Part shown: positions 47,854 through 49,059 of the stretch, piece by piece
How positions within the stretch are numbered: the stretch's first letter is position 1
How the letters are laid out: each line of letters opens with the position of its first letter
Origin: Hydrurus foetidus
Taxonomy: Eukaryota
Assembly (NCBI GenBank): GCA_900617105.1
Contig: UYFQ01000601.1
Coordinates: forward strand, 1 to 49,059
Direction: 5' to 3'
Length of the DNA stretch: 49,059 nt
Program-made: the position numbers and the translations under genes
The notes under the pieces: generated by a model
What the model saw: the letters and a program-made list of their open reading frames with translations, nothing else
Told to the model about the DNA's origin: nothing
Database searches by the model: none

Positions 47854-49059
47854 TGTTGGGATTCCTCAACTTCCGGATGCTTTGTGGCGCGTGTGACCAG
47901 TGAGTGACCCAATGCTCGTAAAATAGGACTTGTATTGCGTAATTACTTGATAATTAAACTTGTGCACCGGCATCAATCAAGACGGCAACGAAGCTTTACA
48001 TATCAAGACAATTGCACGTTTCCATCCATGTTGAAGACAGACAAATGGGTGGCTCCATGAGCCCACACATCTAACGGTCAGCGGTACTCACCCTCAGGGC
48101 GCACACCGCTGTCCGTCAGGATCCATGCATACACTATACAACTACAGCAGTGTCTTTTCTCCGGATACTCCAACACACCCAACAGGCACGCAGTAGTTGA
48201 AGCACCCAGGCACGCATCGGATCTTCATGTCAGCAATAGAATAAATGTGAATTGATTTGCAAGCAGTAATATCTAACTAAATAATGTCGTGTGGTCTCGG
48301 GCGTCTTCATTTCTCTGCTTTGTCGGTAGCCCATCCTGTGAGCCCGTCTATCTCTCTGCGGAACTGAGATCCTTGGAGCGGCTTTGTCAGCACGTTGGCG
48401 TACATGTCCTCGCTGCGCAGGTACTCCACCCGCACTTCTCCGGTGTCCACTCGCTCTTTGACCCAAAAGTATCGGATTTGTATGTGGCGTGTGCGCTCCG
48501 CTCCCGATCTGCCGCGTTCCACTAGCGCCATGCAGGACTGGTTGTCCTGGTATATGATAACCGGCTCCATTTTGTAACCCTGCGCGATTAGAAATGTACG
48601 GATAAAAATGCTCTGATTGGTGGAATCAGATAAGCCGACCAGCTCAGCCTCTGTACTCGACTTTGTCACAATTAGCTGCTTCGATGATCTACAGTGCACC
48701 GCTCCGACGTCCCCAATCACCACGCAGCTCCCTGTGTGGGACCGTCCGTCGGTGTGCACCCTGTATGACGCATCCACAAAAAGCCGCACTACTATACCGC
48801 TGTCACCCGGTCGCAGCACTACGCCGCTGTCCCTTGTCGCGTGGATGTATCTCTCGAGTCGCTGGAGCTTGTCCACGTCATCTGCTGTGCACTTGTTCAC
48901 CCGTGTGGACAGGAAAGCCACTGCGACTAGGCACTCTGGTTTAGTGCGCTTGGCCAGGTATAGGATCATGGCTACGACTTTGTGGAACCATACCCTCACT
49001 GGCTCCGCCACCGCTGCTGCATCCTCCCTAGTCTCGAGCAGTCCGTCTGTGGCGGGTGA
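47854..49059 (-). mobile_element. Copia B, copy 2: 3' LTR (47854-48175) and RNase H/RT end, runs off the window
   Basis: Same insertion site (GACAA flank) as 12303. Confidence 0.95.

Larger units (their letters stand above)
35489..49059. repeat. Copy 2 of the segmental duplication (right end lies outside the window)
   Basis: Same ORFs and elements in the same order and orientation as 1-13507. Confidence 0.97.

Noticed and set aside
1..49059. The 13.5-kb repeats as terminal repeats of one giant element or endogenous virus
   Set aside because: The repeat limits are set by the window edges, and Copia A and B cross them. No capsid, polB, packaging ATPase or tyrosine recombinase was recognised.

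Overview
This is intron-containing, transposon-dense eukaryotic DNA. The Copia motif variants (LLDNQ protease, HSDD/HVDD RT) tentatively suggest a stramenopile/ochrophyte-like host. Bases 1-13507 recur as a direct repeat at about 35489-49059 (period about 35.5 kb). The unit holds two probable host genes: a 3-exon, membrane-anchored ModA/WtpA-type molybdate/tungstate-binding protein of prokaryotic type, and a heptad-repeat coiled-coil protein with a Mug135-like C-terminus. Around them is a nest of mobile elements. These are a complete Copia (TSD GACAA) whose primer-binding site is complementary to its own LTR rather than to a tRNA, a long Copia with a CCCH-finger Gag interrupted by a MULE and a Gypsy, a third Copia fragment, a chimeric chromodomain Gypsy with duplicated pol, a pogo-like DD35D transposon and several MITEs. 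The best candidates for novelty are the putative Tf1-like self-priming Copia and the intron-containing eukaryotic ModA/WtpA gene. All family assignments come from motif recognition by eye, not from database searches.
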